NCBI GenBank assembly: GCA_963719505.1
Contig: CAVRCF010000001.1
Span: 736,001 to 800,000 of the forward strand
DNA: 64,000 bases
Reading direction: 5' to 3'
From: Halobacteriovoraceae bacterium
GTDB lineage: Bacteria; Bdellovibrionota; Bacteriovoracia; Bacteriovoracales; Bacteriovoracaceae
Positions 10,009 through 19,574 of the stretch are shown here, one piece after another. Every line of letters begins with the position of its first letter. The stretch's first letter is position 1. A model generated the notes under the pieces. It did not search any database. It was not told where the DNA came from and saw only the letters and a program-made list of their open reading frames with translations. The translations under genes and the position numbers were made by a program.

Positions 10009-10692
10009 ATGCGTTTATTAGGTCTTGTCCTTATTATTTCTTTTTCAGTTTTTGGCGTCGAGTACAAAAAAAATGAAGACTCTGTTATTTTCTCAGGCAG
10101 AATTTCGCGTATTAATAATACGGCTAAACTCATTCGTTTAAAAATAACTTTTGAAAACTCTAAGTTTCTACGTAAAAGAGATCGTATCGAATTTTGGAAT
10201 GAAACCTACCCTGATAAAAGATGCATGTCCTACGTTGAAGGAAAGACCAGTGAGTATATTTTACTTCGCGTCCCTCAATACGATCTTTGCATTAATAGTG
10301 TGCACGCCACCGTTGGAAGTTATCTTCATCTTTATTCCCCAGACCTTGAAAATGGTCTAGAAGTGGCAAAAGACCTTGTCAGTATTCTGAAGAAAAAACA
10401 TCTCGCTCTTTCGGCGAGAATGACAAGATTTGAAACAGAGGTCAGTGGTTTTGTAGAAAAGATGGATGCCGTGAATAAAAGGTATGAAGTCCTAAGGCAG
10501 AAGCTAGAACTCGAATGGCAAAAAGAACTTTCAAGTTTAGAAGAAGACAAAACGAAAAGTTATATGCGATACAAACATACTCAGTCGAGAATGAATGAAT
10601 TAGAACACAAACTTCAACAATACCGAGTCCACGATCAAAACTTAACAGAAGATCGCTGGTCACTTGATCCAAAACTTTATTTTAAAAAATAA
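10009..10692 (+). CDS. Secreted hypothetical protein with C-terminal coiled coil
   Basis: Signal-peptide-like N-terminus; heptad-rich C-terminal half. Confidence 0.75.
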   Translation: MRLLGLVLIISFSVFGVEYKKNEDSVIFSGRISRINNTAKLIRLKITFENSKFLRKRDRIEFWNETYPDKRCMSYVEGKTSEYILLRVPQYDLCINSVHATVGSYLHLYSPDLENGLEVAKDLVSILKKKHLALSARMTRFETEVSGFVEKMDAVNKRYEVLRQKLELEWQKELSSLEEDKTKSYMRYKHTQSRMNELEHKLQQYRVHDQNLTEDRWSLDPKLYFKK

Positions 10693-10701
10693 AAAAGGAA
10701 T

Positions 10702-12315
10702 ATGATGCGAACTCTAGGATGGATGTTTCTCATAATAATAACAGTCTTTTCATGCCAACAAAGACCAAAAAATAACACGGCCTTCTATCTTAATTTAGGT
10801 GGTGAACCTGCGACGATGAATCCTATAAAAGCTTCTGATGGCTATTCTTCTGATGTTCACGATCTAACCGTTGAAGGTCTTTTAGATAAAGACGATGACT
10901 CTTATGAATGGATACCAAAGCTTGCGACCAAATGGAAGATCTCAAAAGACAAAACGACATTTACCTTCTGGTTAAGACAAGGAGTAATGTTTCACGATGG
11001 GTCTGAGCTTACAGCCGAAGATGTAGAATTTTCATTTAAGACCTTCTCTGATGTGGAAAGGTGGCGAAACGTAGAGAAGCAGTATTACTTTGATGAAATT
11101 GAATACGTCAAAGCGATTGATAAATACACAGTTGAGGCAAAGGCCAAAAGTACAATTTATTCAAATTTTTCTAAAGTTGCTAGTGGCTTAGGCATCATCT
11201 CTAAAAAGTTTTATTCTCAAGATGAAAAAAGAAGTTTCTTTAATAAAAATCTTGTAGGCACAGGTCCTTATAAACTTCAAAAATGGCACAGAGGCAATAG
11301 AGTTGTCTTAGAGAAGTTTGATAAGTGGTGGGGAAGAGATGTGGAACCATTTTCTAAACAAGCACATTTCCCTAAAATTGTTATGCGCTTTATAAGTGAG
11401 CCTACCGTTTCCTTAGAGATGCTAAAACAAGGCAAGCTCGACTTTGAAGGAATGAGCCCGGATACTTTTATAAAAAAAGCAGTTGGAAAAGAGTGGGGAA
11501 AAACGGTCCATAAAGTTGAAACACAAAACAAAGCCCCCAAGGGATATTGTTTCTTGGGTCTTAATATGAAACATCCTATTTTAAAAGATCGAACAGTGAG
11601 AAAAGCTCTCTACCACCTTCTCAATAGAAAGCTTATGATTGATAAATTTGAACATGGGCGCTCAGTTCCAGCTGTGGGGCCAATTTATCCTGACTCACCT
11701 TATGCAACTAAAGGGTTAGAGGCTGTGGAATTTAATCCCAAAAAAGCGATTGCCCTTTTAGCGAAAGCTGGCTGGCGCGACACCAACAAAGATGGGATTT
11801 TAGATAAAAACGGAAAAAAGCTTTCTTTAACGATTCTAGAACCTGGTTCAACCTATATAAAGTATCTGACTGTGTTTAAAGAGGATGCGAGTAAGGCTGG
11901 TGTGGAGATAAACATCAAGCAAATAGAGTGGAACTCGTTTGTTAAGCTCGTTACTCAAGAGAAAAATTTTGAAATATGTAGGCTCTGTTGGTCAGCGGTC
12001 GTTGACTGGGACCCAAAGCAGATTTGGCATAGTGAATCTATTGAGAATGGATCAAACTTTATTAGCTACTCAAATAAGTTAGTAGACAAGTACACCGACG
12101 AGGCTTTGTATGTTTTTGATAGAGACAAAAGAATTGAAATTCTTAAAAAGGTTGAGCAGGAAATTATTAAAGATGTCCCTTATTTAATTTTTAGTTATAA
12201 AGAGCCCATTTTCTATGGTTATACGGATAGGATTAAAAGGCCTAAAGACACTTTTGGGTACACGATAGGAACAAAGTATTGGTCGTTTAAAAATACGATA
12301 AAGAAGGAATTGTAA
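10702..12315 (+). CDS. Peptide ABC transporter substrate-binding lipoprotein (family 5)
   Basis: Lipobox VFSC; LRQGVMFHDG..LTAEDV; GTGPYK. Confidence 0.92.
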   Translation: MMRTLGWMFLIIITVFSCQQRPKNNTAFYLNLGGEPATMNPIKASDGYSSDVHDLTVEGLLDKDDDSYEWIPKLATKWKISKDKTTFTFWLRQGVMFHDGSELTAEDVEFSFKTFSDVERWRNVEKQYYFDEIEYVKAIDKYTVEAKAKSTIYSNFSKVASGLGIISKKFYSQDEKRSFFNKNLVGTGPYKLQKWHRGNRVVLEKFDKWWGRDVEPFSKQAHFPKIVMRFISEPTVSLEMLKQGKLDFEGMSPDTFIKKAVGKEWGKTVHKVETQNKAPKGYCFLGLNMKHPILKDRTVRKALYHLLNRKLMIDKFEHGRSVPAVGPIYPDSPYATKGLEAVEFNPKKAIALLAKAGWRDTNKDGILDKNGKKLSLTILEPGSTYIKYLTVFKEDASKAGVEINIKQIEWNSFVKLVTQEKNFEICRLCWSAVVDWDPKQIWHSESIENGSNFISYSNKLVDKYTDEALYVFDRDKRIEILKKVEQEIIKDVPYLIFSYKEPIFYGYTDRIKRPKDTFGYTIGTKYWSFKNTIKKEL

Positions 12316-13346
12316 TGGGTAAGTACCTTTTAAAAAGATTAATGATGCTTATCCCAACACTCTTTGGGATAACATTTGTCGTTTTTGGGATTATAAATTT
12401 GGCCCCTGGCTCTCCTGTAGAACAAAAACTTCAACAGTTACGCTTCGGTGGTGCCGATGGAGGCGCAGGTGGTGAAACGAGCTCAAAGGGTCAAGCGGGT
12501 GTCTCTAAAGAAGTCTTAGACGCTCTCAATAAACAGTATGGCTTTGATAAACCTATTCATATTCGTTATTGGATATGGTTAAAAAATCTCTCTCAATTTG
12601 ACTTTGGAGAGTCCTATACTTATGAAGAAGATGTGACTGATGTGGTTGCCTCAAAGCTTCCCGTCTCTTTGCAGTTTGGTATTGTCTCGCTGATTTTAGC
12701 TTATGCTATCTCCATCCCCCTGGGAATCTACAAGGCGATAAAAGATGGATCGACATTTGATCAAGTTTCAAGCTTCCTTCTCTTTTTAGCTTATTCAATT
12801 CCAGGTTTTATGCTCGCCATTTTTCTTATTGTCTTTTTTGCGGGTGGAAGTTTTTACGACTTTTTCCCCATCGGCGGACTCTATTCAGATTTCTATGATG
12901 AGATGACCTTTTGGGAACGAGTGGTGGATAGAATCTATCATTTTGTTTTACCAACGATTTGTTACACTATTGGCTCTTTTACAACACTGACAATATTGAT
13001 GAAAAACTCTCTGATTGAAGAGATAAGAAAAGACTATATTCGTACAGCACGGGCAAAGGGAGTCAGCGAAAAAGTTGTCTATCTCAAACACGCCCTTAGA
13101 AACGCACTTATCCCTATTGTCACAGGGCTTGGAAGCTTTCTCTCCGTTTTCTTTGCCGGCTCTTTATTATTAGAGAAAATTTTTCAACTCGATGGAATGG
13201 GACTTCTAGGTTTTAACTCCCTTTTATCTAGAGACTATAACGTATTGATGGGACTGGTTTTTATTCAAAGTTTGTTAATGCTTGTTGGAAATATTATTTC
13301 TGATATCGCCTATGTACTGGTTGACCCAAGGATAGATTTCTCATGA
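12315..13346 (+). CDS. Peptide ABC transporter permease (OppB/YejB-like)
   Basis: YIRTARAKG EAA loop, HALRNA, terminal VDPRI. Confidence 0.93.
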   Translation: MGKYLLKRLMMLIPTLFGITFVVFGIINLAPGSPVEQKLQQLRFGGADGGAGGETSSKGQAGVSKEVLDALNKQYGFDKPIHIRYWIWLKNLSQFDFGESYTYEEDVTDVVASKLPVSLQFGIVSLILAYAISIPLGIYKAIKDGSTFDQVSSFLLFLAYSIPGFMLAIFLIVFFAGGSFYDFFPIGGLYSDFYDEMTFWERVVDRIYHFVLPTICYTIGSFTTLTILMKNSLIEEIRKDYIRTARAKGVSEKVVYLKHALRNALIPIVTGLGSFLSVFFAGSLLLEKIFQLDGMGLLGFNSLLSRDYNVLMGLVFIQSLLMLVGNIISDIAYVLVDPRIDFS

Positions 13347-14362
13347 TAAAAATATTAAAAACAGATGAATCGCAAAAAAAATGGAAAGCTTTCAAAAGAA
13401 GAAAGCCGGCAGTCATCTCTATTTGGTGTATACTGATCGCTTGTTTTTTTAGCTTTACGGCAGAGTTTTGGGCCAACTCAAAACCAATCTTTTTGAAGCA
13501 TAAAGGTCATTTTTACTTCCCGGTCTTTTTTGATTACCAGGTTAAAGACTTAGATTTGAAAAACTCCATTATTGTCGACTACAAAAAGTTAACCCTTACT
13601 GAAGGGGATATGGTTGTTTGGCCTCTTATAAAGTGGGACCCCTATGAGTCAAATAGAAAAGTTGATAGCTATCCAGCCCCTCCGTCAGCAAATAATTTAA
13701 TGGGAACTGATGATAGAGGTCGAGATGTGTTAACGCGTCTTCTGTATGGTCTGCGCTATAGTATCATCTATGCTATTGCCGTTTGGCTGATTACTTTTAT
13801 CATTGGAGTCATCTTGGGAGGCTTTCAAGGGTATATTGGTGGCAGGGTTGACCTTTATGGACAGAGAATGACTGAGATCTTAAGCACTGTGCCCCAACTT
13901 CTTCTTCTCATTATTATTATTTCAGTCTTTCAGCCTTCAATGATCTTGCTTATTTTTATCACCAGTCTCTTCGGTTGGATTCCGATCAGTTATTATATGC
14001 GAGGAGAGTTTTTAAAAAATAGAAAAAGAGAGTATGTCGAAGCTGCAAGAAGTCTTGGAGCAGGTCATATGAGAATATTCTTTAAGCATATTCTTCCAAA
14101 CTCACTGGGTCCAATTATCACGTTCTCACCCTTTGTGATTGCGGGAAATATCACGGCCCTTGCTAGTTTAGATTATCTGGGCTTTGGCTTAACGCCACCA
14201 ACACCTAGTTGGGGAGAGCTTCTTGCTCAGGCACAAAGCAACTTTACCATCGGCTGGTGGCTTGCTCTTTATCCGTCACTCGCTTTGTTTCTAACGCTTA
14301 CGATGTTCTCACTCGTAGGAGAAGGTGTGCGTGATGCAATGGATCCTTATAAGGTAAATTAG
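13343..14362 (+). CDS. Peptide ABC transporter permease (OppC/YejE-like)
   Basis: GTDDRGRD, EYVEAARSLGA, HILPN, PSWGELL. Confidence 0.93.
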   Translation: MIKILKTDESQKKWKAFKRRKPAVISIWCILIACFFSFTAEFWANSKPIFLKHKGHFYFPVFFDYQVKDLDLKNSIIVDYKKLTLTEGDMVVWPLIKWDPYESNRKVDSYPAPPSANNLMGTDDRGRDVLTRLLYGLRYSIIYAIAVWLITFIIGVILGGFQGYIGGRVDLYGQRMTEILSTVPQLLLLIIIISVFQPSMILLIFITSLFGWIPISYYMRGEFLKNRKREYVEAARSLGAGHMRIFFKHILPNSLGPIITFSPFVIAGNITALASLDYLGFGLTPPTPSWGELLAQAQSNFTIGWWLALYPSLALFLTLTMFSLVGEGVRDAMDPYKVN

Positions 14363-14664
14363 AAGGTGATTTTTCTTGTGAGAAGTTGCCACCACATAAC
14401 AAAGTCCGAGGCGAGGCTGTAAAATGGATGCTTAAATGTTGCTGGTCTATTTTTTTCAAAAATCATATGACCTGCCCATGCAAATCCATATCCCACCAAA
14501 GGGCATAACCAAAGTAGTTTATACTGCCCAGAGATAAGAGCATAAAAAAAGATGGGTATTAAAATAGATGTACCAATAAAGTGTAAAACTCTATTGGTCT
14601 TGTCTGAATGCTCAGTTAAATAAAACGGATAAAACTCTTTAAAGCTTTTAAATTTCTCGCTCAT
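14359..14664 (-). CDS. DUF962/Mpo1-like small membrane protein
   Basis: FYPFYL.EHS...R.LHF.G and GH..FEKNRPATF motifs. Confidence 0.85.
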   Translation of the reverse strand: MSEKFKSFKEFYPFYLTEHSDKTNRVLHFIGTSILIPIFFYALISGQYKLLWLCPLVGYGFAWAGHMIFEKNRPATFKHPFYSLASDFVMWWQLLTRKITF

Positions 14665-14665
14665 A

Positions 14666-15247
14666 TTACTTCCTATCCCTTAAAAGCCTAGATAGTGAAG
14701 GAGGAGCAATTCCTAAGTAAGATGCAAGATAAGTCTTTGGGATTCTATTGACATCAATATAGCTACTCTTTAAACACTGATCTAGTCGCTCTTTTGCATT
14801 ATACAAAACAAACTCAATTTCGCGTTTTGATTTTCTCATATATGTTCTAACCAAAACTTCTCGATAAACTTCATTCCAAATAGGATTTTGTTTCATTAGT
14901 TGTAAAAAATTTGTGTATTTTGTTGTGTAGATAACGCTGTCTTCAAGGGCTTGCACTGAAACCATTGAAGGTGATTTGTCTGAAGATAAGAAAAAATCTA
15001 GAATGAGACCTCTTTCAGGAATAAAAGAAAAAGTTTTTTCTTCGCCTTCGGCATCGATAAGATAAATTCTAAAAAGACCTTTCGATACAATGGCAACTTC
15101 GTTGGTGTTGTCAAAATGCTGAAAAAAATGATCTCCTTTTTTAATCTCTTTTTTTGTTAAAATAAATTCCAACGGATTCCAATTCTCAATAGGAGATTGA
15201 ATAAGAGTTTGAAAGAAAACTTTGAGATGCTCTTCTAGTTGTGCCAT
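14666..15247 (-). CDS. Crp/Fnr family transcriptional regulator
   Basis: cNMP-binding barrel; C-terminal HTH LASYLGIAPPSLSR. Confidence 0.88.
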   Translation of the reverse strand: MAQLEEHLKVFFQTLIQSPIENWNPLEFILTKKEIKKGDHFFQHFDNTNEVAIVSKGLFRIYLIDAEGEEKTFSFIPERGLILDFFLSSDKSPSMVSVQALEDSVIYTTKYTNFLQLMKQNPIWNEVYREVLVRTYMRKSKREIEFVLYNAKERLDQCLKSSYIDVNRIPKTYLASYLGIAPPSLSRLLRDRK

Positions 15248-15273
15248 GGGAAAATTATAATAGGATAAGGATA

Positions 15274-15292
15274 AAGGGGCATTTCGCCCCTT
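15274..15292 (-). terminator. Probable intrinsic terminator after htrA
   Basis: AAGGGGC-GAAAT-GCCCCTT hairpin on the minus strand just after the stop codon; short U tail. Confidence 0.55.
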
Positions 15293-15293
15293 G

Positions 15294-16349
15294 TTATAAT
15301 TGCTGAAGTTTTATTTTCGTTTTCTTCTTCTTTCCTTCTCTGTAGTAAACAATTTCAATTTCATCGCCAATTTTAAATTTTTCAAGTTCGTGAAAAATAT
15401 CGTCTTTTGAGGTGATTTTTTTGTCTTCTACCTTGGTGATGACATCACCGATAAAGATCCGACCGTAGCTGTCTTTCATCATTCCTCTTAAGCCTGCCTT
15501 TGCTGCTGCTCCGTCGGGGTCTACAAAAGAGATGGCAGCCCCTTGTCTTTTGACATAGCGACTTCTAATTTCATCTTCAAGCACGCCAATGCCTAAACCT
15601 GGCCGAATGACTCTTTTGTATTTTATGAGTTGAGGTGTAATTCTTTTTATCGTGTCTATCGGAACAGCAAACCCTAGTCCAGAACTGGACCCTGAAGTTG
15701 AAAAAATCATCGTGTTCATTCCAATGAGTTGACCTGAAGAATTAATCAGCGGTCCTCCGGAATTTCCTTGGTTAATAGCGGCATCTGTTTGAATCATATC
15801 GTGGATTTTTACTCCACCGATTCCATCAATTTTCCTACCGAGGGCGGAGATAATTCCTTTTGAAATGGAATGATCGAGCCCAAAAGGATTTCCTATGGCA
15901 AGTGCCATCTGCCCCACCAGAAGATCTTTCGAATTACCCTTTACAACTGGCTTCACAGTTTTTGGTTTATTGACAAGTTTTAAAACTGCAATATCTTTTG
16001 TGGGCGCAACACCCACCACCTCTGCTTTGTACTGGGTTTTATCATTATGAAAAGTCACAACAAAATTTGTCCCACCTTGAACAACGTGAAAGTTCGTTAC
16101 AATATGGCCATCAGTATCCCAAACAAAACCAGTCCCAGCTCCTTGGGGAACCTCCACCTTGCCATAGAAAAAACTATCGGCCACTCGGATATTTGAAACG
16201 TTTACAACCGAAGGAACAGTATTATGATAAATATTAATTGTTCTTTTTTCGCTTTCGAGAAGGTTGTCTGTTTTGGGGGTTGAATCATCTGCTAGTAGAC
16301 TTAATGAAAAAATAAACGTCAGTAGTAGAAGAGTCTTTTTCACTTTCAC
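15294..16349 (-). CDS. htrA: HtrA/DegP-family serine protease with one PDZ domain
   Basis: Signal peptide; TNFHVV, DIAVLK and GNSGGPL triad motifs; C-terminal PDZ. Confidence 0.92.
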   Translation of the reverse strand: MKVKKTLLLLTFIFSLSLLADDSTPKTDNLLESEKRTINIYHNTVPSVVNVSNIRVADSFFYGKVEVPQGAGTGFVWDTDGHIVTNFHVVQGGTNFVVTFHNDKTQYKAEVVGVAPTKDIAVLKLVNKPKTVKPVVKGNSKDLLVGQMALAIGNPFGLDHSISKGIISALGRKIDGIGGVKIHDMIQTDAAINQGNSGGPLINSSGQLIGMNTMIFSTSGSSSGLGFAVPIDTIKRITPQLIKYKRVIRPGLGIGVLEDEIRSRYVKRQGAAISFVDPDGAAAKAGLRGMMKDSYGRIFIGDVITKVEDKKITSKDDIFHELEKFKIGDEIEIVYYREGKKKKTKIKLQQL

Positions 16350-16426
16350 TCCTTTGCTATTGTCCGAAATATAGGTAATATTAGGTGGAATCGGTGATAA
16401 AATCTACTGGGAAAAGGTAACAAATT

Positions 16427-17353
16427 GTGACGAAAACACAGAAGTCTAAAGAAATTCAATACTTTAACCGCTCAATAAATAAAGTTGAGACTGAAAAAGT
16501 CTACGGTGACTACTTTGTGAAGCTTCTGTATGAATCAAACTCGGGAAGACTTCTTGCTCCTATCTTTGCCAGTAAGTTTTTAAGTAAAGTGTATGGAACC
16601 CTCCAAAATACCATGCTTACTCAAGTGAAGGTTCCAAAATTTGTCGATAATTTCAGTATTGACCTCTCTGAGTACAAAAAAGGGTCTGTTGAAGTTGATG
16701 ACCAAAAATTAACCTACAAAAATTTTAACGAATTTTTTATAAGAGAATTTAAAAGTGGAAAAAGAACTTTTGTTCAGGATCCTCTACAACTGGCAGCTCC
16801 TTGTGAAGCTCGCTACTTTGGTTATGAAGCGATAGATGAAAATGTAGCGATACCTGTAAAGGGAAAGTTTCTTCGGGCTGATGCTCTTTTAGGTGATATT
16901 GAAAAGGCTGCTCCTTTTATTGGTGGGCCACTTGTCATTGCCAGGCTTTGTCCGGTTGATTATCATCGCTACCACTATCCAGATAGTGGTAAAACAATTG
17001 AAGCTTATCCTATTCACGGAGATTTTCATTCCGTAAATCCCATTGCCTTGAAAAATAAGCCCGATATTTTTATTGAAAATGAAAGACGGGTCGCAATTCT
17101 TGAGACGAATAACTTTGGAAAAATTGCTTATATTGAAGTCGGTGCGGCGATGGTTGGAAAAATTGTCCAATCCCACAATGAAAAAAAATCCTTTCGTCGG
17201 GGGCAAGAAAAAGGGTATTTTCTCTTTGGAGGCTCTACAGTTATTATCCTTGGTGAAAAAGGAAGATGGGCTCCATCTAAAGATATGATTGAAAATACCT
17301 TAAAGGGGATGGAGACCTATATTAAATTAGGCGATCAAATAGGGATCGTTTAA
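16427..17353 (+). CDS. psd: Phosphatidylserine decarboxylase proenzyme
   Basis: FNEFFIR, RLCPVDYHRYH and FGGST autocleavage motif. Confidence 0.92.
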   Translation: MTKTQKSKEIQYFNRSINKVETEKVYGDYFVKLLYESNSGRLLAPIFASKFLSKVYGTLQNTMLTQVKVPKFVDNFSIDLSEYKKGSVEVDDQKLTYKNFNEFFIREFKSGKRTFVQDPLQLAAPCEARYFGYEAIDENVAIPVKGKFLRADALLGDIEKAAPFIGGPLVIARLCPVDYHRYHYPDSGKTIEAYPIHGDFHSVNPIALKNKPDIFIENERRVAILETNNFGKIAYIEVGAAMVGKIVQSHNEKKSFRRGQEKGYFLFGGSTVIILGEKGRWAPSKDMIENTLKGMETYIKLGDQIGIV

Positions 17354-17815
17354 ATTGTACAAGTCGCCTATGATTTTCCTGTACGACTTTAGTCCCCAAA
17401 AAAATAGAACCTCCTTTGAGGTAGGGCCTTTGTACTTTTGAGCTCCACTGAGAAAATCTTCTAAATTTCTTATCATTGCTTCAAAAATTTTATGATCCTT
17501 CTCGTTTAAATAAACCTTATTAAAGTTAAACTCGCCGTCGGTTTTTTTTATCATTGCGTTCTTTATACTATCTTTGACGATTTGATTTAGTTCAAGCGCC
17601 CTTTGCTCTGGTGGTCTTTTTTCTAAGATCTTAAGATTTTGGGTTTGCAGATGAAAGTGATTTTTCTTTTTTAGTATGAGCTGTTTCTCGATAAGCTTTT
17701 GCAGTGTCTTCTCTATAATCTTTGGACATAAAGAAGTATCAAAATGCAACTGACTCAAAGTCTTATTCTCTTTAACGATAGATTCTAAAATATATCTTTC
17801 CAGTGCTGAAATCAT
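17327..17815 (-). CDS. Hypothetical protein with N-terminal winged-helix-like domain
   Basis: ILESI..ENKTLSQLH....CPKIIEKTLQKLIEKQLI resembles a wHTH. Start overlaps the upstream stop (ATGA). Confidence 0.65.
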   Translation of the reverse strand: MISALERYILESIVKENKTLSQLHFDTSLCPKIIEKTLQKLIEKQLILKKKNHFHLQTQNLKILEKRPPEQRALELNQIVKDSIKNAMIKKTDGEFNFNKVYLNEKDHKIFEAMIRNLEDFLSGAQKYKGPTSKEVLFFWGLKSYRKIIGDLYNLNDPYLIA

Positions 17816-18120
17816 AGAAATGCCCCTTTAATCTCAAGTTTATAGTTGATCTCATTGAGAAGTTCACTCAGTTCGTCAAAGGAGAAAGATCGCTCGCATT
17901 TTCTCATTATGGCCCGTAGATCGAAAAGAGATGGCTTTTCATCTTTGTGAGCGAGAGCTCCTTCAAGCGCCTCATATTCAGAGAGCTTCATTTCAGCTCC
18001 ATTGAAAATGCGAAAGATCCTCGTTTGCTGAATATTCGTTTTTAGGGAAATCATCTTGTAGGTGTCTTTTGGAAAATTTTCTTTGTAATTTTTAATAAGG
18101 TTTAATTGTAGTTGGTTCAT
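17812..18120 (-). CDS. Small HTH-like DNA-binding protein
   Basis: TYKMISLKTNIQQTRIFRIFNG resembles an XRE-like HTH; strong RBS AAGGAG. Confidence 0.7.
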   Translation of the reverse strand: MNQLQLNLIKNYKENFPKDTYKMISLKTNIQQTRIFRIFNGAEMKLSEYEALEGALAHKDEKPSLFDLRAIMRKCERSFSFDELSELLNEINYKLEIKGAFL

Positions 18121-18147
18121 CTTGCTCTCCTTGGTTAATTACAGAAG

Positions 18148-18164
18148 AGCAAGACTTGTGCCAA
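18148..18164 (-). promoter_or_regulatory. sigma54 (-24/-12) promoter
   Basis: TTGGCACAAGTCTTGCT on the minus strand, near consensus, 3 nt after the stop codon of the sigma54 activator gene. Confidence 0.8.
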
Positions 18165-18167
18165 AAA

Positions 18168-19505
18168 TTATTGAGCTTTTATATCATCAAAAATGCGATA
18201 AAAAGCTGATGACGAAATTTTTAGATCCCTGATGGCATGTGTGACTTTACCACTATGCTTCTCTAAAACTTCTTTAATGATTTCTTTTTCAATCTTTTTT
18301 ATAAATCCCTTAAGACCATTTTGTTCCAAATAAGAGCGGTGAGAATGACTTATCCAAGCTCTTTCATCATTTGAAGAATTCTTTTTGAGAGACATAATAT
18401 CTTCAGCTTTTACAACACCACACTCTTGAGTCGAGAGGACTTCGATCATTTTTTTAAGCTCTCGAACATTTCCTTCCCATTTTAGATTCTGGAGGTAGGA
18501 TTTTGCACAGTCTTTAAGGACGATTCTTCTTTCCGACTTACTTTGAAAGTGTTTGATCAGCATAGGAATATCTTTTGGGCGTGAGCGCAAAGATGATATT
18601 TCTATGTTAATTCCATTGATTCTAAAAAACAGATCTTTTCTAAATTCACCAGAAGAAACCTTTTCAAAAAGATCTTCACAGGTTGCTGTAATTAAGGTGA
18701 ACGAAGAGCTGACAGGCTTGTCTGAGCCAACCGGATAAAAGGTCTTCTCATCGAGTGCTTTTAAAAGCTTCTCTTGCATCCCCATAGACATAGTAGCGAT
18801 TTCATCCAGAAAGAGAGTTCCACCGTCGCAAGCTTGAAGCTTTCCGATTCTGTCTTCTGTCGCTCCTGTGAAAGATCCCTTTTTCGCTCCAAAGAGTTCA
18901 GATTCAATAAGATTCTCTGAAATCGCAGAACAATTGAGATGGATAAAGGGCTTATCATCTTCGAAGTTTAAAGAGTGAATGAGCTTTCCAATATAGGTTT
19001 TTCCCACACCCGTCTCACCTGAGATAAAAAGTGTTTTATCTTTTAGAGACATATTAGATATTTTTTTGATCTGCTGGATAAGAGTCTCATCTTGAGTAAT
19101 AAACTCTTTATCAAAGAAGTTCCCTAGGGCATTTTTTTTATTCTTTTTAATAAAATTTGTAATATAGGGAGAGAGATTTTTGGCATAGTGAAGTTTGGTT
19201 AAAAAGTGCTGACATCCTTGTTCATAGGCCAATTCAGTTGTTTCGTCATTATCATATGAGCTGAGAATAATACTGTGAATTCCTTTGGCTTTTGCGGCTT
19301 TTAACACACAAAGGCCGGATTCATTTCTTTCCATTTGCATATCAATAAGGGCCAAATCATAGTGATTTGTCTCAAGGAGAGCAAGGGCCTCCTTTTCAGT
19401 GGCAGCCTCAGTGATCATACCAAATTTTGAAATAACATGACTGACACCAAGCCTGAAATATTGGTCATCGTCTACTAGGAGTATATTAAGATTTGCTTTT
19501 TTCAT
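18168..19505 (-). CDS. sigma54-dependent response regulator (NtrC-type enhancer-binding protein)
   Basis: Receiver domain; Walker A GETGVGKT; ESELFG...GSFTGA; FLDEI; GNVREL; C-terminal Fis HTH. Confidence 0.93.
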   Translation of the reverse strand: MKKANLNILLVDDDQYFRLGVSHVISKFGMITEAATEKEALALLETNHYDLALIDMQMERNESGLCVLKAAKAKGIHSIILSSYDNDETTELAYEQGCQHFLTKLHYAKNLSPYITNFIKKNKKNALGNFFDKEFITQDETLIQQIKKISNMSLKDKTLFISGETGVGKTYIGKLIHSLNFEDDKPFIHLNCSAISENLIESELFGAKKGSFTGATEDRIGKLQACDGGTLFLDEIATMSMGMQEKLLKALDEKTFYPVGSDKPVSSSFTLITATCEDLFEKVSSGEFRKDLFFRINGINIEISSLRSRPKDIPMLIKHFQSKSERRIVLKDCAKSYLQNLKWEGNVRELKKMIEVLSTQECGVVKAEDIMSLKKNSSNDERAWISHSHRSYLEQNGLKGFIKKIEKEIIKEVLEKHSGKVTHAIRDLKISSSAFYRIFDDIKAQ

Positions 19506-19574
19506 GGATTCTTTATAAGGGAAAACCTTCCATTTCCAATATATTTATTCCAGAATCGAAATATTTACAGGATT

